From contig JAUZTB010000084.1 in NCBI GenBank assembly GCA_034780895.1, positions 4,863,936 through 4,927,935 of the forward strand: 64,000 nucleotides of DNA, written 5' to 3'. Positions 23,836-36,609 of this stretch are shown here, in pieces. The notes below the pieces were generated by a model that saw nothing but the letters and a program-made list of their open reading frames with translations, did no database searches and was not told the DNA's origin. Both the position numbers and the translations under genes were made by a program. The stretch's first letter is position 1; every line of letters begins with the position of its first letter. Origin of the DNA: Rhynchobatus australiae (Eukaryota).

Positions 23836-24859
23836 GCATAGATTATCTCATCATTACCACACCAATGTTTACTGGAGTATGAAAAGCTCTGGCATATCAT
23901 AGCAAGTACTGCTGTTTAAGGTGGCCTTGCTATTGAATAGTAAGCTGGGGCTCATTTGTACTGCCGTTTAAAGAATCCCTAATGTCACGTCCTCTCTTTT
24001 CCTCTGACTTGTAGGTAGGTGTACAATCCATTGGCGCTGGCTTCACTCAATTCACCTTATTTCATGAGTGAGAGCACACAGGCCACTTAACTGTAGAGAG
24101 TGTGAAGAATGAATGCAATTCTGAACTCATCAAGTATACAGTCTCGCTTTTCCTGGGGCTACTGGAATAGGACTGGGATAGATTTTTAGATATTAAGGAA
24201 ATCAAGAGATTTGGAATTAGTGAAGTAAACAATCAGCCATTGAATGGCAGAGCAGACACAAGAGGCCAAATATTCCTGGTTCTATTTCTTATGTTGTTAT
24301 GTCCCAAACAGACTCCTCTAGCTGCCTTGTTGCACAAATAGGAATGACTCAACCCAGCACTAGGCAATGTAGTCTTTAACAGGGGTCCTGACCATGCTTC
24401 ATTTTGTAGAGAAGAAATGTAACACTTGAATGAGGCTTACGCAGCTGCTCAGCTACCCACTGAGATATTTACACATGTAAATCCCTCATCACCAACAAGG
24501 CTTACCCTATACATAGTCTTTGTTGCTGCCCTGGAGGTATAGCTCACGTTTATATTGTGGCTCATAACATAGTAAACATCCAAAAGTGCTTTTAAACAGC
24601 CTAATACATAGCATCTGTGCATTGTGATCATTAATTATATGGTTCAAAGCCCAGGGATTTAAGTAATGGCCTTGTGCACAGGGAAAATTGTTTTCCAGTG
24701 ATTGAACCTGTTTCCTTCCACATTCATTTGCTTCCCTTCTGGAATGCTGTTCATGCAGTGGATGTCCTTTTGCTTAATGTAACTAAACACGAACACCCCA
24801 AAACAGACTATCCAATAACTAAAACACAGATAAGTCAGTGGAACAAGTTGAACCATTTT

Positions 24860-25580
24860 TTCCCTGGTTGTATGCAGGAGCTGGCAATGAGATATACATG
24901 GGCCACACAGTATCAGACTGGATAGAATTGCTCCCTTTCCCATGTACAAGAAACATTGAGGCACACAAGGTTTGTATGGTGCCAGACAGGAAAGAATTAT
25001 TCTTATTTTAAGCACTTGTGTACTATACATGTACAGGAGTCACTGAGGTATTTGAGCATTTCATAGAACTAGGCTGGAGGGAACTGCTTCCTTTTACCTG
25101 CTGCGTACTATACATATGCTGTATACATACAGCAACTGACACTGAGATACATAAGGGCCATAAGAAACCAGGAGGATGTGAATTGGTCTCTTTGACCCAC
25201 TGTGTACTGTACATATACAGGATTCACTGATTCACACAAGAGCTGTATAGTACCAGATGGCAGAGAATTTTTCTCTTTCACCTACTGGATGCTATACATG
25301 TACGGGAACTAAAACGGTCACACATGTGGATATACTGAACCAGATGGGAGCAAATTATTTCCTTTCAACCGCTGTGTACTATAAATGTATAGCAGCTGAC
25401 CACATACACAGCCCATGCAGTTACTCACTAGTGGATTATTCTCTCTTACACACTATGTACCATACATATATAAAGAAACCATTGAAGCACACATGGCCTG
25501 TACAGTACCAGATAGGGGAAATTAATTCTTATACCATATATACAGCACATGCATAGGAGCTGACATTGAGCCACACACAT
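24860..25580. repeat. Diverged tandem array, ~85-bp period, about 8 units
   Basis: Landmark tgtgtactatacatgtacagga and its variants recur at about 25017, 25102, 25201, 25286, 25373, 25454 and 25538. Confidence 0.75.
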
Positions 25581-25800
25581 TCAGATCCAACTTATATTCT
25601 GGATTTATATAGAAATATTATCCCTGACAAATGAATACACTGCATTAGAATCAGGCAGGGAATTCNNNNNNNNNNNNNNNNNNNNNNNNNNNNCTAATGA
25701 AAACATCCAACCTCTGGTGAAAAGCTAGAATGATTTCAGAATAGGTAAATAATGATAAAACTCATATAAAATAAATATAGAGGAGAATGAGCAAGCTTAC

Positions 25801-26237
25801 CTCACAGTGCAACAATAGATGAATAGCTTTAGGCATACTTGGGAGCCAGTTTGGACATATAAAGCAGCCTACGTTCAGAAGTACAGTTATGACAACCTAA
25901 GGTGATTTTTCAGGAAATGATGGCTGGTTGAAGCATAATATTGTTTTCATCCCGCCTACACACCAAGAAAGATATTCCTCTGGGAATCCCAATCTAAATG
26001 CAACCTATTTAATTAAGCATTAAATCATTCCTTTTTTTTGGTTAGAGGAGCTAGAGAGACCTGTAGGCATCCAAAATTTGCAATCCAGCATGAAAATAAT
26101 CGCAGGGGGGAAAAATGATGGCATGTTTGCCAAGAAGTTCTGACTATCACTTTACTATAAATCTTTTTGTGTTGTTCATGTTTTAGTTGAATCTGGATGC
26201 AATACTCAGAGCGCCTCCCCGATACACAAACTGAGCA
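25801..26237 (-). other. Candidate non-coding upstream exon of the TUNAR-like gene (5' boundary unknown, runs into a gap)
   Basis: Strong minus-strand donor GAG|gtaagc at 25801/25800 upstream of the acceptor at 22908. Sequence looks unique and abuts a gap and a GA tract. Confidence 0.35.
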
Positions 26238-26433
26238 NNNNNNNNNNNNNNNNNNNNNNNNNNNNNNNNNNNNNNNNNNNNNNNNNNNNNNNNNNNNNNN
26301 NNNNNNNNNNNNNNNNNNNNNNNNNNNNNNNNNNNNNNNNNNNNNNNNNNNNNNNNNNNNNNNNNNNNNNNNNNNNNNNNNNNNNNNNNNNNNNNNNNNN
26401 NNNNNNNNNNNNNNNNNNNNNNNNNNNNNNNNN

Positions 26434-26504
<71 letters not shown>

Positions 26505-26523
26505 GAGAGGGAGAGAGAGAGAG
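26434..26523. repeat. (GA)n microsatellite
   Basis: Pure GA dinucleotide run extending out of an assembly gap. Confidence 0.97.
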
Positions 26524-27879
26524 CGCAGAGGGAGGAGCAAGCTGCCTTTTGAAAATGTGCTGACTGATTCGTGAGCTGACAAGAGCTTAAACCAAGACAG
26601 AGGCATAGCTGATGCTGTTGATACAGCTTCAACGAGACAGTGGTGGAGCAAATTAGCTAGTGTGAAATGGGAGGATTAAGATTGTTATATCAGAGTACTC
26701 TTGGGTTGTTGGTACCTCAAACACTAGGTTTCAAAGGGACAAAGAGTAATGTGTGCTTTTTTTTCATCAAAGGAACAAACTTATTAATAACTATGCACAT
26801 ATGCATATACTATATGTATGGAATCACACGTGTTGAAATAGTAAAATAATTCACTGCTTTATGGCATTATACACTGAGAATATGTTTCTCAGATCCTATA
26901 CCTGTCTGCTACTGTAGGGTTAAAAGGAACAGTAGATAAAGGATTGTGTTGCAGGTTTATTTCCAGTAGGAATTGGTTTGATACTGCTCACACTTTTTCA
27001 TGGTCAACCAGAAATGCCTTATCAGTTTCCCTGTCTTGGCTGAATGGTTGACCCTATTAGCTTTGCGTGTGATATCTGTGCATGTATATTTCTTAAACAT
27101 TTCAGGAAAACATTCCTTCCCTTAAAAGTCTGAAGGCCCTAGAGGGCTGATTACCCAATCAGATATCACAAAGTGGTCATAACCTGGCATGCGTGGGATG
27201 TGAATGTTACTTTGCCATCATCAGCTCACCAGCTTGAACGCTGTCCAAGATCCCACTGCATGTGGGCATGGACATCTTTATTATTTAAAAGGCTGCACAA
27301 ATAGAACACATTTATCAGCTGACATCCCCACTCATGAAGAAGGGAAGATAATTGATAAATGAGCTATGGTGATAGCACAGGAGTTAAATTAGTGAATTTG
27401 AACTAATAATCCAGAGGCTTTAACAAACAATCCAGAGACCCAAGTTCAAATCCTACCATGGCAGCTCTAAAATTTAAATAATCTGGAATTTGGGGAGAAA
27501 ATAACCTCAGCAATCAGTTTTGTTATGATAATGATGGCCACAAAACAACCGGATTGTTAAATTGAGGTTCCCAAATGCCTTTTAAGGGNNNNNNNNNNNN
27601 NNNNNNNNNNNNNNNNNNNNNNNNNNNNNNNNNNNNNNNNNNNNNNNNNNNNNNNNNNNNNNNNNNNNNNNNNNNNNNNNNNNNNNNNNNNNNNNNNNNN
27701 NNNNNNNNNNNNNNNNNNNNNNCAGTCCTAGTCCGTAACAGCACGAACTGAATTCCGTCACAAAAAAGTTGCTTCCAGCCCAATTGGTGACTGGTGACTA
27801 AATTAAGGGAGCTCTCCCACTAGCTGACATAGTTATATGCACAGAATAATATCTTACAATGTTACATCCTGGCCAACCA

Positions 27880-28170
27880 GCTGGATAGACTCACCAGAAA
27901 TGACAGTATAGTGGGATCTAGGGGTGACGGAATTGGGGGGGGGGTGGAGGGTCGGGGGAAGAAGGCTGTGGCCTGACTCCAGATCCATGGGCAAGAAAAC
28001 TTATCCTGATTGCCCCTAGCTTCCTCTCTCAGTTGATGAAACCGTGGTCTTCCACGTTGAACAACACTGGGAAGAAGTACAGAAATTAGCAAGGGTACAG
28101 AACGTACTCTGAGTGGGGCCTTCAATATCCATCACCAAGAGTGGCATAGATGAGAGTAGAAGAGATACCA
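27880..28170 (+). mobile_element. Decayed non-LTR retrotransposon endonuclease fragment
   Basis: Translates in pieces to FHVEQHWEEVQKLARVQNVL*VGAFNIHHQEW, resembling the APE 'GDFN' motif region. Confidence 0.5.
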
Positions 28171-31100
28171 TAATCATCAGCATTGAGAGGGAACACAGCA
28201 CAGGTGATGGTCAGACAGGAGGTCTCACAGAGCAGGCTATTTCACAAAGGAAACAGAGTGAACATTTCAAGTCACTTGTTTCTCCCCGCATTGTTGCTGC
28301 CTAACCTGTTGAATACTCCTGGTATCTGATTTTATTCTAGATTTGTATTTCACTTTCATTCAAAGATATTTATCAAATCTGCAATATTCATTGCCTCTTT
28401 TAAACATCTCAGAACAATCCATAGCTTTTGTTATGTTCCATGTAACTGAAGTACCACATCCTTGGTCCCAGTGCAATAATTCTCCTCTGCCTCCAGGCTT
28501 TCCAATGGTCTTGCTGATTGTAACATTTTTGATTTATTTGTTGTATTTGGGGTATAGCACGATTGAAGTAACTTTCTCAATGATACTCAATATGACACTC
28601 TAATAGTGTTTTGTGCTCATCTCTTCTGTTTTTTCTTCTCAGGCCTTACAGATGCACAACCTGAGGAGGGGAACTCCCCTTTTAAGCATGTATTTTCCCT
28701 TGTCCTTGCCCTTCCATGCTCCCCCTATGGTTTCTGGAATGAATTAGCGGGCTCTGCACTGGGCATCACATTCAATACAAGTTACTGGGAGCAGTCTCGG
28801 AGGGAAAAGCCATGATAACATCTCACTGGAAGAGCTACTCAGCTGAAGAAGGCAGGATTGCAGACACTGGAAACCAGCCACTTAAAGAAAGTTACTTTCT
28901 ACAAACTACCGCCTGTTCAAGTTGCAACAAGGGAGCTTTTGCTACATGTCCAAGATTATCTCTGAGCTGAAATACCCCAAATCAGATGCCCAACTGATAA
29001 ATACTACAAGCAAGGAGACCATTAGACAGCAACAACACAGAAGAGATTTAAAGGGAGAGGTACCAGAACAGTACAAATGCTGGAAATCTGAAATGAAAAC
29101 TGAAAATGTTCAAAATACTCAGATCAGGTAGCATCAGGCAAAAATTGACGAGTGGCAAAAAAAAAGGTGTCAGGAGAAATGTTTTCATGCAGGAGTTTGT
29201 TGTGATGTTAGAATGCACTCCTGACAAGAGTGGCAGAAGTAGATTAACAGTAATATTCAAAAGGAGTTTTGTTCTTTAACATGAAGAAAAAAACTTCATT
29301 GTGTTAGGAGAAGGGCACGGAACTAAGTGAGGAACTCTTTTGGAGAGCAGAATGGGTTCTGTCTGTGTTGCAACTTACAATTATTCTGTGGTAGGCCAGA
29401 GACAATATTTTACTGCCATGTGGTTTTCAAGAATGGAATCTTTCCAATGTAACTTCTGCTGGCTCCACCAAAGAATATCAGGTGACTGCAGAATGTGACA
29501 CTGATCAGCTATGTCTTACTGAATGGCAGAGCAGTTGCAAGGGACTGAATGGCTTGCTTCTGCTTCCATTTCTTATGTTATTTTGTTTTCATTAGATAAA
29601 GGCAGGCACCAAAGGTTCAATAGACCCTGTTTAAACCAAGACAATGGAAAACATGATAAAAATGTCATGAATTTCTTGCTTTCTTTGGGTCAAAGGAAGC
29701 TGAGAAATTTGAAGTGTTCTAAGTTGAGGGGCGTAGGTAGAAGAGCAGGAAGGACCTACATCCCTTAGCTGAGAGTCAATAACCAGAGAACTGAGGGAAT
29801 GGGGAGAACTGTTTTTTCACACAGTCAGTGATGGAGTTCTAGCACTCACAGCCTGAGAGAGAGGTGTGGCCAGAAACCTTCATCAAATCGAAAAAGTACC
29901 TAGAAAAGGACTTTATGTGCCATTACCTATTTATAAACTTTTGGCATGAATATGGTGTTGAGATAGAGGTTCAGTTTATAATCGTACTGAATGGTAGAGC
30001 TGCCTCAGAGCACGGTCTATTCCTATACTTCAATGTCAATACAGAATTTTGAGAGGAGTGTTAGGATGGATAGCTCTTTTTCAGTCCACTTGGAGACAAT
30101 GGTCTGAATGGCCCTTTGTACTGTAAAGTTGCACAGTTATATAATTAGCACAACTCTAACCTCAGTTTCTTGTTCAATGTCCTCCTTTCCCTCCTGTAAA
30201 GCACTCAGAAGTTGTCCCATTTAAGTGCAAGGTAATCTGTCACCTGTAAGAAATGAGGAGAAAGAGGACAAGTCTGAGAAAGGACATGTGTTGTCCGAAG
30301 ATGAAAACAGACAAGTTCAGAGCAATATTTTATAATCCATTTAAAACCAGCAGGGCAGATATTTGGAGGTTATATTAAATGTCATTAAATTTGTTAACAC
30401 ATGCAAATAATTTGATAACAAATCCAGTTACATCAACACGAAACAACTGGCTGATCAATCATACATGTAGAGTAATCATCTGCTCCAAATATCTGCGACA
30501 AGGAAGTATAAACAATGAAAAAGAAACCCTTGCATTTCTATAGCACCTTTCACTACTCAGAAAATCTCAAAACCAATGAAATAATTTTGATGGAACATAG
30601 GAAATGTAGCTGTTTATTGTAGCTTGTTATTGTTTTTACCCTGTTCTACCTCAATGCGTTGTGTAATGAATTGATCTATACAAACATATGCAAGACAAGT
30701 TTTTCACTGTGCCCTGGTACAAGTGACAATAATAAACCGATACCAATGTTTGTTTTGCTCTGGAAGCTCCCGCAAATAGCAATGTGGTAATGACCAGATG
30801 GTCTATTTTGGTGATGTTAGCTTGTCCCAGAGAGGGGCGAGATGGCACGATTCTCCTGCTTCCAGTTGTGGTCATAGGACTTTTATTTCAACAAGTGATC
30901 AGGTGGGCCTTAGTTTGCCACCTTAATCGAAAGGCCACAACTTCCTCAGCCAGCATAAGGCTTTTATGCTGTTCTTGCTGGAGTGTGACAAACCTGAAAC
31001 CCCTTGACTGAAGAGCGAAGATACAACTGGCTAGGAGATGGCTGATGTGAAAAGGCTGGAGAAAAGACAGGCTTACAGGAAGGATGATTTCATCAGCTGG

Positions 31101-31499
31101 CAATCAACAACATCTTGTATTTGTACACCACCTTTAACATTGGTGTTATTTTCAAATATTTGGCAGGGTCACATAAATTGATATTAGGACAGGCAACCCA
31201 AAGTCATGTTGGATGAGGGATTTTAAGAAGTCATGTATATTAAGAGAGGTGGAGGGGTTTCCAGAGCCTGGGACCCAGGCAGCTGAAGGCTTCCTAGAAA
31301 CTAACATGCTAATAATTCAAAGTAGGATCAGGCTCATTCCCCCATGGTATTCCCTTCTCAGCTGGGCCTTGGGTCTCTGGAAACTATGTTAGTGTCGGTT
31401 GCCATGGAAGCACATTTTTCTGAAAGCAAGTAGATTGACAGTGAAGGGACGGTGTTGGGATGTGGGTGCAGTTTGTGGAGCAGTGTGTGGGGTTGTGAC

Positions 31500-32310
31500 T
31501 CTTCCCTTCCTCGACTTCGCCATCCACTTCTCAGGGGATAGGTTGGCAAACGTTTTCCATTGGAAGTGCACCAGTCACCGGTTCCAACTCTTATCCTGGC
31601 CACACCTCCGGCGAGCCTCATTCTGTCAGAACGTCATTCCATCTCCTCAGTTTCTCCAGCTGTGTCACATCTTCCCCTGGTGATGGGACCTTCCATTCAC
31701 CTATCTGTGGCTTCCTCTCTACCACGAGAGTAGGGCGGACAACTCCATTGCCCTCACTTCCGCTCCCATCCACCCAGAGCAAAAACGGGGTTTCCCCTTG
31801 ACATCACCTTCCACCCCACCAACCTCCACAGTTGTTATCTTTGCCACCTTCAATGCGATTCCACCCACTGATACACCTTCCCGTCCAGCAGAAACCCTTT
31901 CCCCTTGCTTTTCTTCCTTCCCTCTTCACCCCCCACCTTCACATGCAACCATAGGAGATGCAACACCTTCCCTCCCCAACATCCAGGGACCCACTGGTCC
32001 TCCCAGGTGGAGCAGAGATTCACTTGCATTTCTTCCAGTTAGATGCACTGTTCAGTCGCGGTGCCACCATGTGGTCTCTGCATTGGAGAAAAACAAGAGC
32101 AGCTCGGGTGACTGCTTTGCAGAATATCTCCGTTCAGTCCACAAGGGTGACCCCAAGCTTCCAGTTGCCAGTCACGTCAATCCTCCATCCCATTCCCAAT
32201 CTGGCCTCTGACTCCCCCCCCCCATTGATCCAACGAGCACCAGGGAAGAGCACCTCAGTATCCGACTTGGAATGTTGGAGGTCCAGAGACTCAATAGTGA
32301 ATTCAACTGG
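31500..32310 (+). mobile_element. Penelope-like element remnant (RT C-terminus plus GIY-YIG endonuclease)
   Basis: Frameshifted CIGE..K..SGDCFAEYLRSVHKGDPKLPVASHVN matches the GIY-YIG motif YIGETKRRLGDRFAEHLRSV...PVA.HFN. Confidence 0.75.
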
Positions 32311-32655
32311 TAACCAGTTAGTGCCAGAACTGGCCAGTTCTAACACCTGTTATGTGAAGCTAATAGCGTTGCTGTTGAGTGACGAGATTTGATGATGTCT
32401 TCACCGACTTTGGTCACACTTGTCATAGAACAGTGTAGCACAATACAGGCCCTTCGGCCCACAATGTTGTGCCGACCTTTAAACCTCGCCCAAGACTATC
32501 CAACCCCTTCCTCCCACATATCCCTCTATTTTAAATTCCTTACGCTTATCAAGCANNNNNNNNNNNNNNNNNNNNNNNNNNNNNNNNNNNNNNNNNNNNN
32601 NNNNNNNNNNNNNNNNNNNNNNNNNNNNNNNNNNNNNNNNNNNNNNNNNNNNNNN

Positions 32656-34290
32656 AAAATAAAGTACATGGCATGAGGGTGAGGTATTGACATGGATAGG
32701 GAACTGTATGGCAAACAGGAAACAAAGTGTACAAATAATAGATTATAGCTGAACGGGAAGCATCGCCGAAGAGAAACTCGGAGGCGAGGAGTGTTGAACC
32801 AAACATGCTTTACTAAGACAGACGGTAAATGCACACATGCTATAAGACTACCCGAGAGCCTCTCTAGCCCGTGGGGCGGATGTGACGCGAGGTCTCTGCT
32901 GGAAGGCCTGCCCCGCAGTTAGTCAAAACGTGCTCCCGTGTGTCTGCCCACAGCCGCCGACGGCAGTTCGAAGTCCATGTGTGCGGGCCACCACCCCCCA
33001 GAAATGTCTATCGGGGGCATGGGGCCCCCAGCCCGTGTGGGCTGCCTCGCCGGCACGGTGTGGGTACCCTCATCGGTTGATCAATGTCCAAATGCGCTGG
33101 TTTGAGGCGGTCCACTGTAAAAGTCTCTTCTCAGCCACCCACTTCCACGACACATGTAGATCTGTTGTGCCAGATCACCTTGAAGGGTCCTTCGTATGGC
33201 CACTGTAGAGGTGACTTGTGCATGCTCCTGCAAATGAAAACGTACTCACAATCCCGGAGGTCCTAGGGGATGAAGGACGGTGTGGTGCCATGCCTGGAGG
33301 TCGGGACCAGTGTCAGGGTCCCTAGCTTGTCCCGCAGCCTCGTCAGCTCCTCTGCTGACTTTCCTGCTGAACCTCAGGCCTCTGGCATGAACTCGCCCGG
33401 GACTGTCAGGGGAGTGCCGTAAACCAACTCCGCCGAGGAGGTGCCAAGGTCCTCTTTGGGGGCTGTGTGGATGCCCAGTAACACCCAGGGAAGCTCAGCT
33501 GTACAGTTGGGGCCCCTGAGGCGCACCATCAGGGCTGACTTGAGGTACCTGTGGAATCACTCGACCAAACCATTGGACTGAGGATGGTATGCCATGGTGT
33601 GATGCAGCCGGGTGCCTAGGCGCAGCGCCAGTGCTGTCCACAAACCTGACGTGAACTGCGCTCCTCTGTCAGAGGTGTCTGCTGGAAGTCAGAACCTGGC
33701 GATCCAGTTTGTGATGAGCGTCCTGGCACAGGATTCGGTGGACGTGTCTGAGAGCAGTACGGCTTCCAGCCATCTGGTGAACCTGTCGACCATGGTAAAG
33801 ATATACCTGGCGCCCCGGGAGACAGGCAGGGGGCCAACGATGTCCATGTGGATGTGTTGAAACCTCCTGAGCGTCAGCTGGAACTGCTGGAGGGGAGCCT
33901 TCACATGCTGCTGGACTTTGGCGGTCTGTCAGTGTACGCAGGTCCTGGCCCAGTGCCCGACTTGCTTGCGCAAACCGTGCCAGACGAATTTGTCCGCTAC
34001 CAGTTTGATGGACGCCCAGATGGACAGGTGGGCCAGGCCATGTAGCGTGTCAAACACCCGGCGCCTCCATGCTGCTGGTACCACGGTCCAGGGTCTGCCA
34101 GTAGACATGTTGCGCAGGAGCCGAACCATTGTCAGGCCGACAGGGACATCCTCCAACTGGAGTCCCAAAACGGCGGTGCAGTAAGCCGGGATCTCGGTGT
34201 CCAACTTTTGTGCTACCGCCAGCGCTTTATGGTCGATCCCTGGAGACAAGATGGCCACTGAATGGATGTGGGGGCGGGACAGCATGTCTA
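32656..34290 (-). mobile_element. Ty3/Gypsy LTR retrotransposon fragment (integrase, PPT, part of 3' LTR), disrupted
   Basis: Broken ORFs give VFDTLHGLAH...FVWHGLRKQVGHWARTCVH (HHCC zinc finger), FQHIHMDIVGPLPVSRGARYIFTMVDRFTRW (rve core), YHPQSNGLVE and a PYEGPF (GPY/F) motif. A G-run PPT at 32994-32999 is followed by a TG start. Stops and frameshifts are present. Confidence 0.92.
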
Positions 34291-35184
34291 ACCTATTTCC
34301 AAATAGGCTTTTGTCTCACACCCCACTCCTTTCCCTACTTCTGTTTTGAGAAATGTAAACCCTCCACTCTCCTCCCAGTTCTGAGGAAGGGACACTGACC
34401 CGAAATGTTGACTGGTTTCTCTTTCCACAGATGTTGCTTGACTGCCTGAGTTTTTCCAGCATTTCTGTTCTTGTCTCAGAACCCACCATCCGCAGATTTA
34501 TTTGTTTTCCAGTTAAGGAAAGAAGCCTGAGTAAGGGCTGAAACAAAGACTGTCCTATATCTCACAAAAAGATAGGTGTAGCTTGGGCCCACACTCCCAA
34601 AGGTACATCCATGATCTGAAGAAAGTGGTGTTGAAGGAGAAGTTGTTCAACGTGACGTTGAGGTCAGTCCAGCAAATGAAGTGTTGTTGAAAGAAGTGAA
34701 GGGAACTCAAACCATTTCACTGTGGGATGGAAGTGCAGAAGGACTGTACATCCATGGTAAAGAATTGGGTCCAGGGAACTGGAAACTGTCAAAATGGTGG
34801 AGAGTGTCAGAAGTACCATTTATTTTTTCCTCTCTCAACTCAATCTCATCACCCATTGTCCCATGATGGGACAGCGAAGGCTGAAACAATGGGTCTGCCC
34901 AGATAGAAAATGCTGGAAATACTCACCAGATTAGGCTACATCTATGGGAAGAGAGACTGAGTTAATGTTTCAGGTCAAATAGTCCAGATAGTCCTGCTTG
35001 TGTAACTTGGTCAGGAAGTAGAAGCAGGCAGTGTGGGGCTGGAATGAAATTGGGCTAGAGGTTGTGCAAGAAATAAGATCTGTGACTATGTGAAAGATCA
35101 TAGCCTGACATCAATAGAGGGGTCAATGGCCCAGAGGGAAATATGAGGAGGTGCCTGAGAGCTGTGAGACTCTGTGAGACAGAG

Positions 35185-35692
35185 GTCATTATGGCTCGAT
35201 ATGGTAACTGCTCTGCCTGTATCTGCAAGAAACTGCAGAGAGTTGTGAACACAGCTCAGCACATCATGGAAACCAGCTTCCCCTCCATGGACTCTGTCCT
35301 CACTGCCTCAGTAAACCAGCCAGCTTAATCAAAGGCTCCACCCACCCAGGACATTCTCTCTTCTCCCCCCTCCCATCAAGCAGAAGATACAAAAGCCTGA
35401 AAGCACATACCATCAGGCTCAGGCTCAAGGTCAGCTTCTATCCCGCTGTTATAAGACAATTGAATGATAAGATGGACTCTTGATCTCACAATCTACCTCG
35501 TTATGACCTTGCACCCTATTGTCTGCCTGCACTGTACTTTCTCTGTAGCTGTGACACTTTATTCTGCAATCTGTATTGTTTTACCTTGTACCACCTCAAT
35601 GCACTGTGTAATGAACTGATCTGTATGAACGATAGGCAAGACAAATATTTCATTGTACCTCAGTACAAGTGACAGTAATAAACCGATTCTAA
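35185..35692 (+). mobile_element. Rex1/Babar-type LINE 3' fragment
   Basis: Encodes KKLQRVVNTAQHI...HPGHSLFSPLPSSRRYKSLKAHTIRL. The 3' tail (gtacaagtgaca.taataaacc) also occurs at about 10610-10782 and 30630-30746. Confidence 0.75.
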
Positions 35693-35719
35693 TTCAGTTG
35701 GCAAGTGAACCATAACAGC

Positions 35720-36530
35720 ACCACCTTAGTCACAGTCTTTTGATGATATCCCCGTTGGTTCCTGGTGAGAGGAGTAGTTAGCAAAGAGAAGTAGTTATCA
35801 TGAGGGGAATCTGGAGGTGTGAGAAAGGGTCTGCAGTCTGGGATGACGGCTCCTGGCTAAAGAAAGGGACATGGAGGCAGAGGAAGAGAGTTCAACATCA
35901 TGTAGGACTGGAAATTCATTAAGATGGCTGATAGAGGGACAAAGGTGGGGACTGATAATTCAGGATAGGAGAGGGTGAAGTCAGAAGGGCGGTGAAAAGT
36001 GGCAGGGTGTGGAACTGGGGGAAAAAGTAGGGTCACAGGAAAACGAAGGGGGAGAAAGGTCAGTAAAGGCATCAGAATCCAAGAGCTGCCGAATTTGCGA
36101 TCGTTGACATCTGAATGGAAGGGAAAAAGTCGCCGGTAGCAGCGCCAAAGTCGGCGAAAGTAAAGCGGAACTGTGAACCTGTACAGCTTTTTGAGACAAG
36201 AGTGAATCCGTGCGGTCGTGAGAAGAAATCGAAGACGTTCATGTGCCCACACATGGGAATAAACATGGAGCTCAGGAAACGATGAAAAACACTGGATAGT
36301 TCGACCATACCTGCGATCCTGGGCGGGTCCGAATTGTGAAGGGTGGAGTTTGAGTCCATGTGGGATGAGATGGATCCAGAGACATTTGCTAAGGAAGGAG
36401 ATGTGTCCGTGGAAGCAAAGACCTGGTCAACACCTTATCCAAGACAAGAGCAGAAGCAGAAACAATTGAGGGGAAAACAAGGCAAAAGAGGCAGATGGCG
36501 ATCTGGCTGTTGGGCGAGAACTTCTTCTTG
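35720..36530 (-). mobile_element. Penelope-like element remnant immediately upstream of the FRMD8 promoter
   Basis: Decayed N-terminal PLE-type coding sequence (FLSSMFIPMCGHMNVFDFFSR; LYFRRLWRCYRR), recognised by resemblance only. Confidence 0.5.
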
Positions 36531-36609
36531 ACTGGCAATGAATTCAACAGTAAATGGAATTAAAAATAAACCTTACTGGAAATCTGAAATAAAGACAGAA
36601 AATGTTGGA

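Noticed and set aside
24860-25580. CRISPR-like interpretation of the periodic array
   Set aside because: The context is eukaryotic, units are similar along their whole length with no unique spacers, and no cas genes are present.
26025-26651. Long ORFs with SLSLSL or ERERER runs
   Set aside because: Artefacts of the (GA)n microsatellite and the adjacent N gap.
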